Assembly (NCBI RefSeq): GCF_009914755.1
Contig: NC_060928.1
DNA: 64,000 nucleotides
Strand: one strand, 5' to 3'
From: the human T2T-CHM13v2.0 reference genome, Homo sapiens
Below, piece after piece: positions 52,986-64,000 of this stretch. Below the pieces are notes generated by a model that saw only the letters and a list, made by a program, of their open reading frames with translations, was not told the origin of the DNA and made no database searches. The translations under genes were made by a program, and so were the position numbers. Every line of letters starts with the position of its first letter. Positions within the stretch are counted from its first letter, which is position 1.

Positions 52986-55205
52986 TCGTAAGATCATTTG
53001 AAAATAAGAGTTGTGCTACTAAAATAAAATGTGCAAAAAAAAAAAAAAAGAGAGAGAGAGAGAAGAAAAAAAGAAAATCGCTGCATCATGCTGTCTTGTG
53101 TATAGTTGAATTTTCACATGCTGTGGAAATTCAGCCAGAGATCCTGTGGAAAAATACTGAAAGGACCCTTGGATCACTGATTCTAAGTTTGAAAAAGGGC
53201 TGGGCTGGCTGCTTCTAAGCTTGGCTGTCTTGCTTCTATGGGGCAAGTTCGGGAATCTTTTTTTTTTTTTTTTTTTTGTAATTGAGGCAATTGACTTTGT
53301 CAGCAAGCTAAGAGTGGATTTCTCTCATAGGGGTGAATTCACATTGATCAATGTAACAAGGCTCCTAAGAGACTGATAAAGCAGAAACTGTTTACCTTGA
53401 AAAATATAGTCATCTCACAATTATGTAAGCCAGTCATGCCTGTTCGTTCCCTGTAGATCAAAGCATATGGGAAACTGCATTCCAATCCAGGGATTTCCCA
53501 GTGAGTTAGAATTAGACAAAGGGGTTGAACCGAATAGCTCAAACATGTTAAGTTATCAACATACTAAAATCCTGAGCTAATTGGTAAGGAGCCTGCTCCT
53601 GGAGCCTCCTGTCTGCTCCTACTCACTGCCCTTCTCATATCAGGGACCTCACAGAGCTCCCAGCCACTAGAAGGTAAATGCAGGTAGAATGGGGACCCTA
53701 GGTCCCTGCTCCAGCTGTAGCTGAAGATCTTGCTGTTTGGGTGGTGCCTGTGCTGTATGGATTGTTAAAGATGTTGACTTTCATCCCTGCTTTAGGGCAC
53801 CCAGTCATGATAGCTGGATGCCCCTCACCTTCTCCATAACAGAGATGCAGCCAGGAGAGGCCCAGAGCCTACTAATGTGCGGACACCCATCACCCCAGCC
53901 TTGTCTCAGTCAGAGCTTGAATCATCCCGACGATCCTCTTCGGTCTCATTTCTCTCTGTGTCTGTGACGCTGCATCCATTCTGACAGGCCCTTCTGTCCC
54001 TCAGAATGTTCCTGCTGTCAGTCCAGGCTGCTCTGGTCTGAAATTCATCCTGTCCATATAAGGAGACTTTAAATAGATCTTCTTTGATCTGGTGCTGGCT
54101 GGTTTTATAATTTTTCTCTCAGATGGAAATTGTATTTCCCATTTCCAAGTTCTTGGGGGATGCCTCACAGTCAAGCCCCATAGACTGTCTACCCAGAGGA
54201 GTTTAATTTTCATGGAATCCAATAGGGCCAGTGAGGAAAGAGACCTTAATAATCATTTAATTCAACCCTCTTGTTTTATAGACAAGGTGACTGAGAACCA
54301 GAGAAGGAATGGCAGGTTGAATTATTATTTATAATGAATATAATATTTACAACTGGTACAGATCACAAAGAAGACATTAATAAACTGATCTATACCAGGA
54401 AGCTGTTCCCTGGTTTTTTATAGCACTCTAAGCCTGGTGACCTTCCTGAGCAAACAGAGTCCCTTGCCTCACTGAGGAGAACTCCAGGGAACACCAAAGG
54501 CCAAGGGAGACACCGCAGGCAATAAAACATCCCTAGCAAAGCATCTCAACACCCCCAGACAAAGAAAGGCACAGAACTCAAGAAAGCAGTGACAGGAGAG
54601 CTTTAGTAAATGTTTAATGAAGACGGAGCATAGAGGTCGTCCAATGCAGCCCCTCTTTTTCAAGCAAGGAAATGTTATGCGATAGATATCTGTCATTGTT
54701 TCAGCCTCCCAACATTCATTTCCTCTTTTGACAGCTGCTGATTTTCTCTCGAGGGCTCACCCCCCTGGACTCTGGGTGGTCCTGGGAGGATGTGAACCCT
54801 GTACCCTGACTCCCATCACTGAGGCCAAGAGTCTGGACCCCTCCTCCTCCTCCTGCCCCAGCACAGCAGGGAACCCGGCAGGACAGCTGTCCTCTAGGAC
54901 TCTTGAGTTCACTCACTTCAGCCACCAAGCGCTGACTGTGTTTCCACCAAAGGGCAGTTCCTGCGGCTTCTACTCCCCCTCTCCAAGGTGCCAGGGTTAC
55001 TGCCTGTCCTCCAGCCTTCCATGGCATCACTGTCTCTCCAGATCATCTCATTCAATTCTCTCATTGCTCCAGTGAGCCTGGATGGTTTTCTGTTGCCGAC
55101 AACAAAAAACCCCAACTGATACCATTCCCCTTCCCCAAGGTCACTTACCCAGGGCAAGGTCCAGCCTGAGATTTGAGTTCCTACTGAGTCCCCTACAGGG
55201 GCACA

Positions 55206-55582
55206 GCTATGAGCTGAATTGTGCCTCTCTCCAGGTTCATTCCTAACCCCTGAGACCTCAGAATGGGACAGTATTTGGACACACGGTCTTTCTTGAGCTA
55301 ATACAGGTTAAATAGTTTACTGAGGGGATCCTCATCCAATACAACTGGTGTCCTTATAAGAGGAAATTGGGACACACATTAGTGTGCAGTGGGAAGTCCA
55401 TGTGAGGACGGACAAAGAAGCTTGGCCATCCACAAGCCCAGGAGAGAGACTCAGAACAAATCAATCTGCGGACACCTTGATCTTGGGCTTCTAGCCTCCA
55501 GAACTGTGAGAAAATACATTTCTGTTGGGTAAGCGGCCCAGCCTGTGGTCCTTTGTCACGGCAGCCCTGGCAGACGAATGCA
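55206..55582 (+). mobile_element. MLT1B solo LTR
   Basis: gctgaattgtgcc...acctcagaatgggacagtatttgga...atccaatacaactggtgtccttataagagg...ctagcctccagaactgtgagaaaatacatttctgttg. Confidence 0.85.
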
Positions 55583-55739
55583 GGCCGCACTTCCCACCGC
55601 CATGGTGCCACTGTCTGTGGACAGCATGCCAGCCTCATCGCACGAGTTATCCCTGAAGATGCTCAAATTAGCAGGCTGTTCTTAGAACCAAATTTCCTGG
55701 ACAGGCTTCAGAAAACATTCTCCCTGGTGATACAGACAT

Positions 55740-55745
<6 letters not shown>

Positions 55746-55785
<40 letters not shown>
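55746..55785. repeat. (CA)~20 microsatellite
   Basis: Direct read. Confidence 0.98.
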
Positions 55786-55787
<2 letters not shown>

Positions 55788-56531
55788 AAGAAAACAAAAA
55801 ACAAACAAAAATGCCAAAAACAAATAAAAAACCCATGACCAAAAAATGGACCTTTGTCCCCTTTCATTTCTTTAGTAATGGACAGCGCCCAGGAGAGCAG
55901 GATAGACGGCTCCTTGGAGAAAGCAGAATCTTCTTAATAAACAAATGAGAATTTAGAGCCCAAGCTGACAAGGAATTTAATCTTGTTCTCCCAGCATCCG
56001 CATGGAGGAGGGAAGCAAGCAGAGGCAAAGACAGACATCGCGGTTCCCCTTGATTCTAATATTGGGTTGGACGGGGGAGGGCGAAGATCTGCACGCCAAG
56101 CTCCCTTTCTCCACCCACACCCCTCCTGGCATACACTCTCAGCAAAGCCTCACCGGGTTCCCCCTGCAAGTAATTGCAGAGGTCTCTTGGGGACAATAAC
56201 CCTGATGTTACCTCTTGGAGGGTCAGAGGGAAGTGCTTAGGACTGAGAGAATGCAAGAGGGTGGAGGCCAAAGGGCTGAATATTAATGGGGGCTATCACC
56301 ACCAGCTCTTAAGGTAATGGAAAAGCCCTCTGCAGAGCCAGGCTGGGGCCGGCCTCACACGGAAATGCAATCTTCTGCAACACAGAGTAGGCAGTGACAA
56401 GCAGTTTATCTTCCATTACTCCAAAACCTTAAATCATTATCAACCCGAAGCCAGCAAAAGAAACCAAACCACTGACTCCAATGTCTCCTTATCTTCCCAG
56501 CAAATATAAATGTGTATGACATTGAGGCACC

Positions 56532-57299
<768 letters not shown>

Positions 57300-57374
57300 C
57301 AGAAAGCTCTAATCCACAGGGGAAAGGAAAAGTGGTCCCATCTCATCATAAAATAGGAATTTTTCTGAGGCCAC

Positions 57375-57560
57375 GGGAATGGGTGGAGAAACGGGAGGCT
57401 GAGTCATTCCTTCTGCCAAGGGTTTGCCTGGATAACAATGACTCAATCAAATGGAAGTTCCAAATAAAAGACATTTTTCAAAGGAGTGTTTCCTCTTTTA
57501 AACAGTGCTGACTCAGCCCCAGCCAGCTGAATCAGCGTTTTTAGTGGTGGCAGGAAGTAA
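57375..57560. promoter_or_regulatory. Candidate enhancer: AP-1/MARE/TEAD/ETS motif cluster
   Basis: TGAGTCA 57400, TGACTCA 57439, TGCTGACTCAGC 57506, GCTGAATCAGC 57526, GGAATG/CATTCC ~57376/57405, CAGGAAGT 57551. Motif evidence only. Confidence 0.45.
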
Positions 57561-57597
57561 GGAGTGATCTTCCTAAAGTGACGATGTGTTTCCTAGC

Positions 57598-57737
57598 AGG
57601 GTTGCCAGATTTAGCAAATAAAAATACACAGGATACCCAGTTTCATCTGAATTTCAGATGAATGACGAACAATGTTTCAGTCTATGTCTCAAATACTGCA
57701 TGGGATAAAACATTCCTATATTTTGCCTGGCAGCCCT
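57598..57737. mobile_element. MER53 MITE, internally deleted
   Basis: agggttgccagatttagcaaataaaaatac...tgaatttcagat...ctggcagccct. Confidence 0.85.
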
Positions 57738-60090
57738 CCCCTGATCTCCCCATCCATCCTCCATGTCCATTCTCTCCCTCATCTCTAGTAGAGGAGGGAG
57801 GCCCTCAGGCACATCGAGGCACCAAAGTTATGGTACAGTGCAAGGTAAACTCCCAGCAAGAGGTAAGGTGTGTCTCATGATGCACCCTTTGGAGGAAAGA
57901 CCTCTGCCTCCTACTGTGGGGAATGATAAGGTTCTCCTGCTCTGAGGATCCACCAGAGAGCAGCCTTCATGGCTTTGACCATATGGGGATCCAGCCTGGG
58001 GTTGAGCAGACGACCAGGAAAAAATAAGAGAGAAAAACGCCAGAAGGAAAGGAGGATCCCGGGCACCCATCCAAAGCTGACTCCGTGGGACTACAAGGTC
58101 ACTGTAAGAGAGTGTCTGAACCATGCTCTGGCCTCAAATGTTCGTGTGATTAGATATTCAAGTTTGTGGCCTTTCTGGTGAGAGCTGCATCTGCCCATTG
58201 CATGGGATGACCAAATGTGCATGGACTTTGTTCCTGGGCATGAAGCTGGGCAACATGCCAACAGAGCCCGCACCCTGCCTCTGCCCTGCACACACATGGT
58301 GGTGGTCAGTGAGTGTTTGTCAAGTGATGAATAAATGAATACTCACCACAAAAGAGAGTCCAGCCAATTTCTCCTCCTTGTAAATATAAAGCCAGAAGGT
58401 CAAACCCATGGTCTCTCTTCTCCCAGGCATATTAAAACTATCAGCCAACTGAGTGCCAAGACCCTGGCTTAGAGACGTTGAGGATACACACCCTAGCAGG
58501 GACATGGAGCTACAGGTATGCATGAGCAGGGCCTGGAGGAGTCCAGTGGGAAGCTGGCCTTGTTTGCGGCCAAATAAGGATTGCATGGACATCTCAATGT
58601 TTATGTAGCTGGAGGAGAGTCTGATGTGCATGCCCAAATGTCCAAGACTTTTCTCATAGACCAGGAAGAGTAAATTGGTGGGCCTCCCAAGGAAAACAGT
58701 GGTGGGCCAGGGAAATGCCAGGAGGTGTGAAATGCAAACAAACTGCCTGGGTGACAATTACCCTTTTAATTTTTCAAAGGCTGAACTTGGAGCAATTGAT
58801 GTGGTGCCTGTTACACATGACAGAGAATGTTACCGTGCTTCAGATGCAGTGCCTGTGTAAAGGGCAGTAATCTGGACAAAAGGAAGGGGCAGGGAGATGG
58901 AAGAAGGGAGGTCTGGAAGGAGAGCAGGAAGGTATGAAGTAAGGAAGGAGGGAAAGGAGGAGATGGAGAATTTGAATGGAAATTTAGTCTGGCCAATACC
59001 CAAATCTGGTTTCTTCCTCTCAGCGTGAAGTGCCCTGATTGGATAAGGAATTCACTGCAAGCCTTTTCAGACTGGCTGGTTTCTTTTTAGAGAACAAGGC
59101 TTCATTTGATTAGTTGCCCATTAAATCATAGGAGGAGGGCTGGGCTGGGTAAGGGAATAGGACAGTTAGAAGCTGGTAAAGCAAGAATAGCTTCCCTTCT
59201 GAGGCTCACAATGCTCTCTGAACTTGCTGTTCTCCTGTCAACGAATCCCAGTCCAGTGAAAATAGTTTTAATTACTGAAATCCACATTGCCTGATGGATG
59301 GATGGACTCGACAAAGATTCATGGAGAGCCCATTAGGTGTGAGTGGGCCCCAAGTGAGGCCCTGGAGACATAAAGGCAAATGAAGCACAGACCCTGAACC
59401 CCAGGCCCTCCCAGCACAAACGGGCACACTTGGCATGTTTTAATAAGACAACATGTGCAGCTGTGCACAGCAACTGCTCTTTGGGCACATGAAGGGGCAC
59501 CTGACCCAGACTGGAGATGGGTGGGAAGATGAGATGAGGGGCGGAGATGAGATGGGAGGGGAGATGAGATGGAATGTATCAGGTTATACAACGCAAAGAT
59601 GTTTAAATAAATATCACGGAACCACACACCTTCACCTCTTTAGTTTATGGCATAGATACCAGCATTGCAGGCAGCATCTTGCCCTTTTCCAGCTAAGTTT
59701 GCCATTTGTTTTTCTATTCTGCTCATGCCAGTGTTTATAAGGTAATAATGGGTATGAGCTTTCTATTCATAGAACATGTGGGTACTCCCATGGTGTATGT
59801 TACGTACACCACGAAATTCCTGCACACTGTATATATACTTGAATGTGTTAATTAAAACTAGGAGGTTCCTGACATATCCTTACCTTCCATTTCCTTATAC
59901 CTAACCTTGATGAATGAGGTGGAATTGTACTTCCTTTTTGTCTTCAATAAAAAAAACCCTAATAGGTCTCATGAAATTCCATTCATTCATGCAATAAATA
60001 TTCATTGAGTGCTTCTGTGTTCTAGACACTGTATTGGGGCTCGGTATACAAGGAAGCAAAAGGTAGATATGAACCTCCTTCCTGGAGCTC

Positions 60091-60235
60091 AGAGTGGCTC
60101 TCAGATGCTTCTGGGCATCACAATTCCCTAGGGAACTTGTTTAAAAATGCAGATGTCCCAGGCTTGGTCTGGAGGAAAATGTGATTCCATGTCTCTAACC
60201 AGGAGACTGACCCATGCACACTGCAGAACTGTTAG
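60091..60235. mobile_element. MER5A-like MITE following an L2 3' fragment (~59980-60090)
   Basis: gcatcacaattccctagggaacttgtttaaaaatgcagatgtcccaggc. Confidence 0.6.
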
Positions 60236-61134
60236 GATGAGGAGCCCCTGGCATCCAGAAAGGGTGGGGTGGAGATCCAGAGGTTGATTCCAGACAGCCC
60301 GGGGCTGCAGGAACATGGGGATGGGGTGAGGGAGGGATGCCATGAACGTATCCCTAGAGCCATCCCCATGCTCCATGGGTATATTGTCCCAACATAAAGC
60401 CCAGAAATGGAAAAGAGCATGAGAGAAAGGGTGGTCCCCAGTGTGAAAACGCCTGAGTACTTTTGCCTGATTATTATTCCATTTGGTCTAATTGCATTTT
60501 AAAATGCTCAGTGGGGAGAAAAAATGCCAAGTCTTTTAATAAATTAAGAGCAGGTCTGCTTTTTAACCTGCAGCAGGTTTTTAAAAAGTCCTGCTGAGGG
60601 CACACTGCTTAGAGAGACATGGTCTTTGCAGATGAAGGTAATTAGTGAACACCTTCACCTCTGGAGTCGGGAGGGAGTGCGAGGGGCTTTGGTTACTGCA
60701 GTAATCTCTTCCTGATTGGGAGGAAACTGTTATTTACAAAGGATGCCTGAAGATTCAAATGTGGTTTTCTCTTTCCCGAATCAGGAGGCAGAGTGTGTGC
60801 AGGAACTCAAAGCCCATGGAACAGCAGGATGCAGCTTTTCTTGGCTCCGTTACTGAGAGATCCTGTCTGATGTTTCCTCTCTGACAGGCCGTGACTGGGG
60901 ACATTTGGATGGCCAGCAGAGCTGGATTTAGAGGCAGAAGAGCTGGGCAGCTGTCCCAGTTACTCATCTATGAGGGGAGCTGAAAGATCATGAGAATAAA
61001 TCAGAAAGATGGTGCCAGTTAACCCCGCTTTCCACACAAGACTCTTGATATAATTGGTGAAGTGGAAACTCCAGCCAAAGTACACTCCATCCTCAAGCAA
61101 AACATAAAACACACTCCTGATGGATACAGAAAGT

Positions 61135-61370
61135 TCTGGTGGCCTTAGAGCCTGATTTGGTGCCAACCTGCCTGCGTTCAAATCCAGGTTCCACTACTCA
61201 CTGGATGTGTGACCTTAGACAACTTCTTTCACCTCCTAGTGCTCTGTTCCCTTGGCTATAAAATAAAAATTATAAGAGTGCCAGTTTTGAACACTAAATG
61301 GGCATAAAGGAAACACTTAGACCCCAGACGGGCATGTAGCAGGAACTTTATAATGGTTAGCTACTCATTA
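61135..61370 (+). mobile_element. MIR
   Basis: ctgcctgcgttcaaatccaggttccactactcactggatgtgtgacctt. Confidence 0.8.
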
Positions 61371-62645
61371 CCATCTTTGTGATGAGCTCAAGCAAGTTGC
61401 CTAATGCCACTGGAGGCTGCACCCCTACCTGAGACAGCCACCTGAACATTTCCTTAACGTGCAGCCTCTGAGAGCTGAAACTCTGAAAGGAAGTCCTGCA
61501 TAATGAGCATTTATTATGTTCAAGTAATTAATTTTCTCTCTTAAAAATGTAACCCCCTTAGTACACCTCAAAAGAAATCATCTGACTTAGAAAATACAAA
61601 AGACATCTGAACAACATCAAACATTACAGAAAAGTTTTGCCCACGTGAAAGTCCCACTCCACCCCACCGCACCCCAAGAAAAGCAAAGCAAACATAAAAC
61701 CAACTTTTGAACATTTTGAACAAGTGTTTGTAACCATATCGATATATGCATTACCTCTGTCCTGAGTGGGTAAGTAGCCAACTCTTTCCATTTAGGAGTG
61801 TTAGAAAAACTGTGAAGGAAAGACCGTTTCAAGTAAGCCAAAACGTTATGCCGTGTTTGATGTTTGTAATAAATCCCTTACTTTCAGCAGAGAGGCACAT
61901 GACTTCTACTAATGGAAAACCAGATTTTCCTCTATCCCCACTAAATGAGTGTGGAACCATATTTAAGGATACACTTTGGAGGGTGCCAAAGCATTGGCTT
62001 AATCTGTCAGCTTGATCCTAGGCTCCCCTGTCCCCTGTCCCCACCCCACCCTGAGCACAACTGGACTCAGAGTCAAAGCCAGAGCTGGGACAAGTGCAGC
62101 TTGTGAAGGATTCCAGGCCCAGCAAGCGGTTATATTAAGCACCACTGAGGCTTAAGAAGCATTAGATAAGATGTGGCTGGTAAGAGTCAAGGCCTGGTTA
62201 CAATTCCTCCTAAGATGTTTATATTTCCTTCTAAATTATGTAATTACATGAAATTTGCCAAATAATCAATTTACTTAAAATTGATTAATTGCAGTGCTAC
62301 TTGTGGGTGACTGGTATGCCAGGATACTGTTACTGTGTAGCTAACTCTTCTATTTTATTTCAGTTTTGTTGTAAAGTATACATTTATTTAATTTTTTTTC
62401 ACTTTAAAGGTGATACATAATAATTTTCAAGGATGTGGAAATCACAGAATTGTATAAAGTAGACAAGAAAAATCACCTACAATCTCACAGCCCAGAGGCA
62501 ATGACAGCTAATCATTCAGTCTATTTCCTTCCAGTCTTTTCTTTTTTCTCCTATGTGTAGATAGATGCATATATATATTTTTTCTTTCTAAATATATTTA
62601 TTTATTATAGAGCTGGGATTGTACTGTTTTCTAACCCAATTTGAC

Positions 62646-63026
62646 CTCTCTCTCTCTCTATATATATATATATACATATAAATAAATATATATATAAATA
62701 TATATAAATATATATATATATAAATATATATATAATATATAAATATATATATAAATAAATATATATATAAATATATATAAATATATATAAATATATATAT
62801 AATATATAAATATATATATAAATAAATATATATATAAATATATATAAATATATATAAATATATATATAAATAAATATATATATAAATATATATAAATATA
62901 TATATAAATAAATAAATATATAAATATATATAAATAAATATATATATATAAATATATATATAAATAAATATATATATAAATATATATATAAATAAATATA
63001 TATATAAATATATATATATATTTATA

Positions 63027-63057
<31 letters not shown>
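62646..63057. repeat. (CT)n + ~380-bp (TA)n/(TAAA) tract + poly-T
   Basis: Direct read. 62659-63057 is almost purely A/T. Confidence 0.98.
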
Positions 63058-63061
63058 GCAT

Positions 63062-63740
63062 TGCATCAGTTAGGGTCCTAGCAGGATACAAGTTTCCCTT
63101 TAATCTCCTGAGGCTAGATTAGACGACCAAAAGGAATGCTGAAATAAACCTGGAGTAGGCACACTATGAAGCTGTTCCCACCCTAATCCTGAAGAGTCAA
63201 GGGGAGGGAGAAGTTACTGGGACAGGAAGGAAGTAGGTAGGGAGGATGAGTGGAGGAGGGTGCTACCTGGCCAAATCGATGGCCTTGAGTAGAGAAGCCC
63301 AGGAATGAAACCCTGGGGTCTCAGATGGGGGTTGTATTTATGGGAAGAGGGTTTCACAGGCCCCCACCCCCAGCTCTGGATTTACCCTCCTCCTCCTCCA
63401 CCCCATTATTCTCCTCTCCTCCTACTTCCCCACTGTCTTCTCCTGCTCCTCCTCCTCCTCCTCTTCCTCTTCTGACTTTGAGGCCTCCTCCTCCCATCCT
63501 GGTGCCCCGCCTTGTCCTGGCTTCTCATTTTTGCCCCAGTTCTGCCCTGACCTTCTCTGTCTGAAATAATAATTCCCCAAAGTAGCCCCATGAAGAACCT
63601 TATACGACCATCCTGCCCTCCAGCTCCTCAGGGTGCACTTCCCATTGGACACACCCAGAAGGAGTTCAGAGGGCAGGGAGCCTGGGTGGCGCAGGATGAA
63701 TCTGGAAGGCAAAAGGAGAACGTCCATCATGCACATCATC
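63062..63740 (-). mobile_element. LTR33-like ERVL solo LTR with an internal (CCT)n expansion
   Basis: tgcatcagttagggtcctagcagga...gctgttcccaccctaatcctgaagagtcaaggggagggagaagttac...ttcccattggacacaccc...cagagggcagggagcc. Confidence 0.65.
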
Positions 63741-64000
63741 CAATATGCTTTAAGTACACCTTTAAAAAAGGCACCGCCTAGTATTCCTTTATAGAAAAGT
63801 ACCATAAATTATTTAACCCAGTCCTTGTGGAGTGTTTCTCATTTTTTTACCATTATAACTAGCGCTGCAATAAATATTCTTATACATACATTTTTGGCTG
63901 CATCTCTGATTATTTTCTCAGGATAAATTCTTAGGGGTGCCATTACTGGGTCAGGGGAATCTACATTTTTTAAGGCTTTTCTTATATATCACCAAATAGT

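Larger units (their letters stand above)
62385..64000 (-). mobile_element. Old L1M (MC/ME-like) 3' region interrupted by the AT tract and LTR33
   Basis: aaaaatcacctacaatctcacagcccagagg. Resumes gctgcaataaatattcttatacata...ggataaattcttagg...ttactgggtca. Confidence 0.65.

Noticed and set aside
55871-55890. ATGGACAGCGCC resembling the right half of a REST/RE1 site
   Set aside because: The left half (TTCAGCACC) is not properly present or spaced. A half-site alone is weak evidence.
59789-59813. Imperfect hairpin catggtgtatg-tta-cgtacaccacg
   Set aside because: Short, with no supporting RNA-gene context.
62588-63091. 167-aa I/Y-rich ORF
   Set aside because: Artefact of the (TA)n tract.

Overview
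Primate (human-like) non-coding genomic DNA, intergenic or deep intronic. I found no supportable protein-coding exon, RNA gene, CpG island or CRISPR array. Almost all listed ORFs are chance, Alu-derived, simple-repeat-derived or decayed L1/HAL1. About half the window is recognisable interspersed repeat (Alu, MIR, L1, HAL1, L2, MaLR/ERVL/ERV1 solo LTRs, Tigger2 and hAT MITEs), plus micro- and minisatellites. Subfamily names and old-repeat boundaries come from recalled consensus sequences, by eye, and are approximate. The most unusual signal is a set of short, non-tandem, same-orientation local duplications that cross repeat boundaries: 2924-3176/4249-4495, 33745-34007/35500-35764 and 43157-43535/46560-46938. 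There is also a composite insert inside an L2 at 52402-52627, made of a perfect 20-bp fold-back plus copies of two nearby templates. These look like fossil templated-insertion repair scars. Also notable are a probable ancient L1MA 3' transduction (~1 kb of unique DNA splitting a HAL1), a palindromic 37-bp AT-rich minisatellite and a dense AP-1/MARE/TEAD/ETS motif cluster near 57.4 kb. I found no evidence for a new gene-encoded system.
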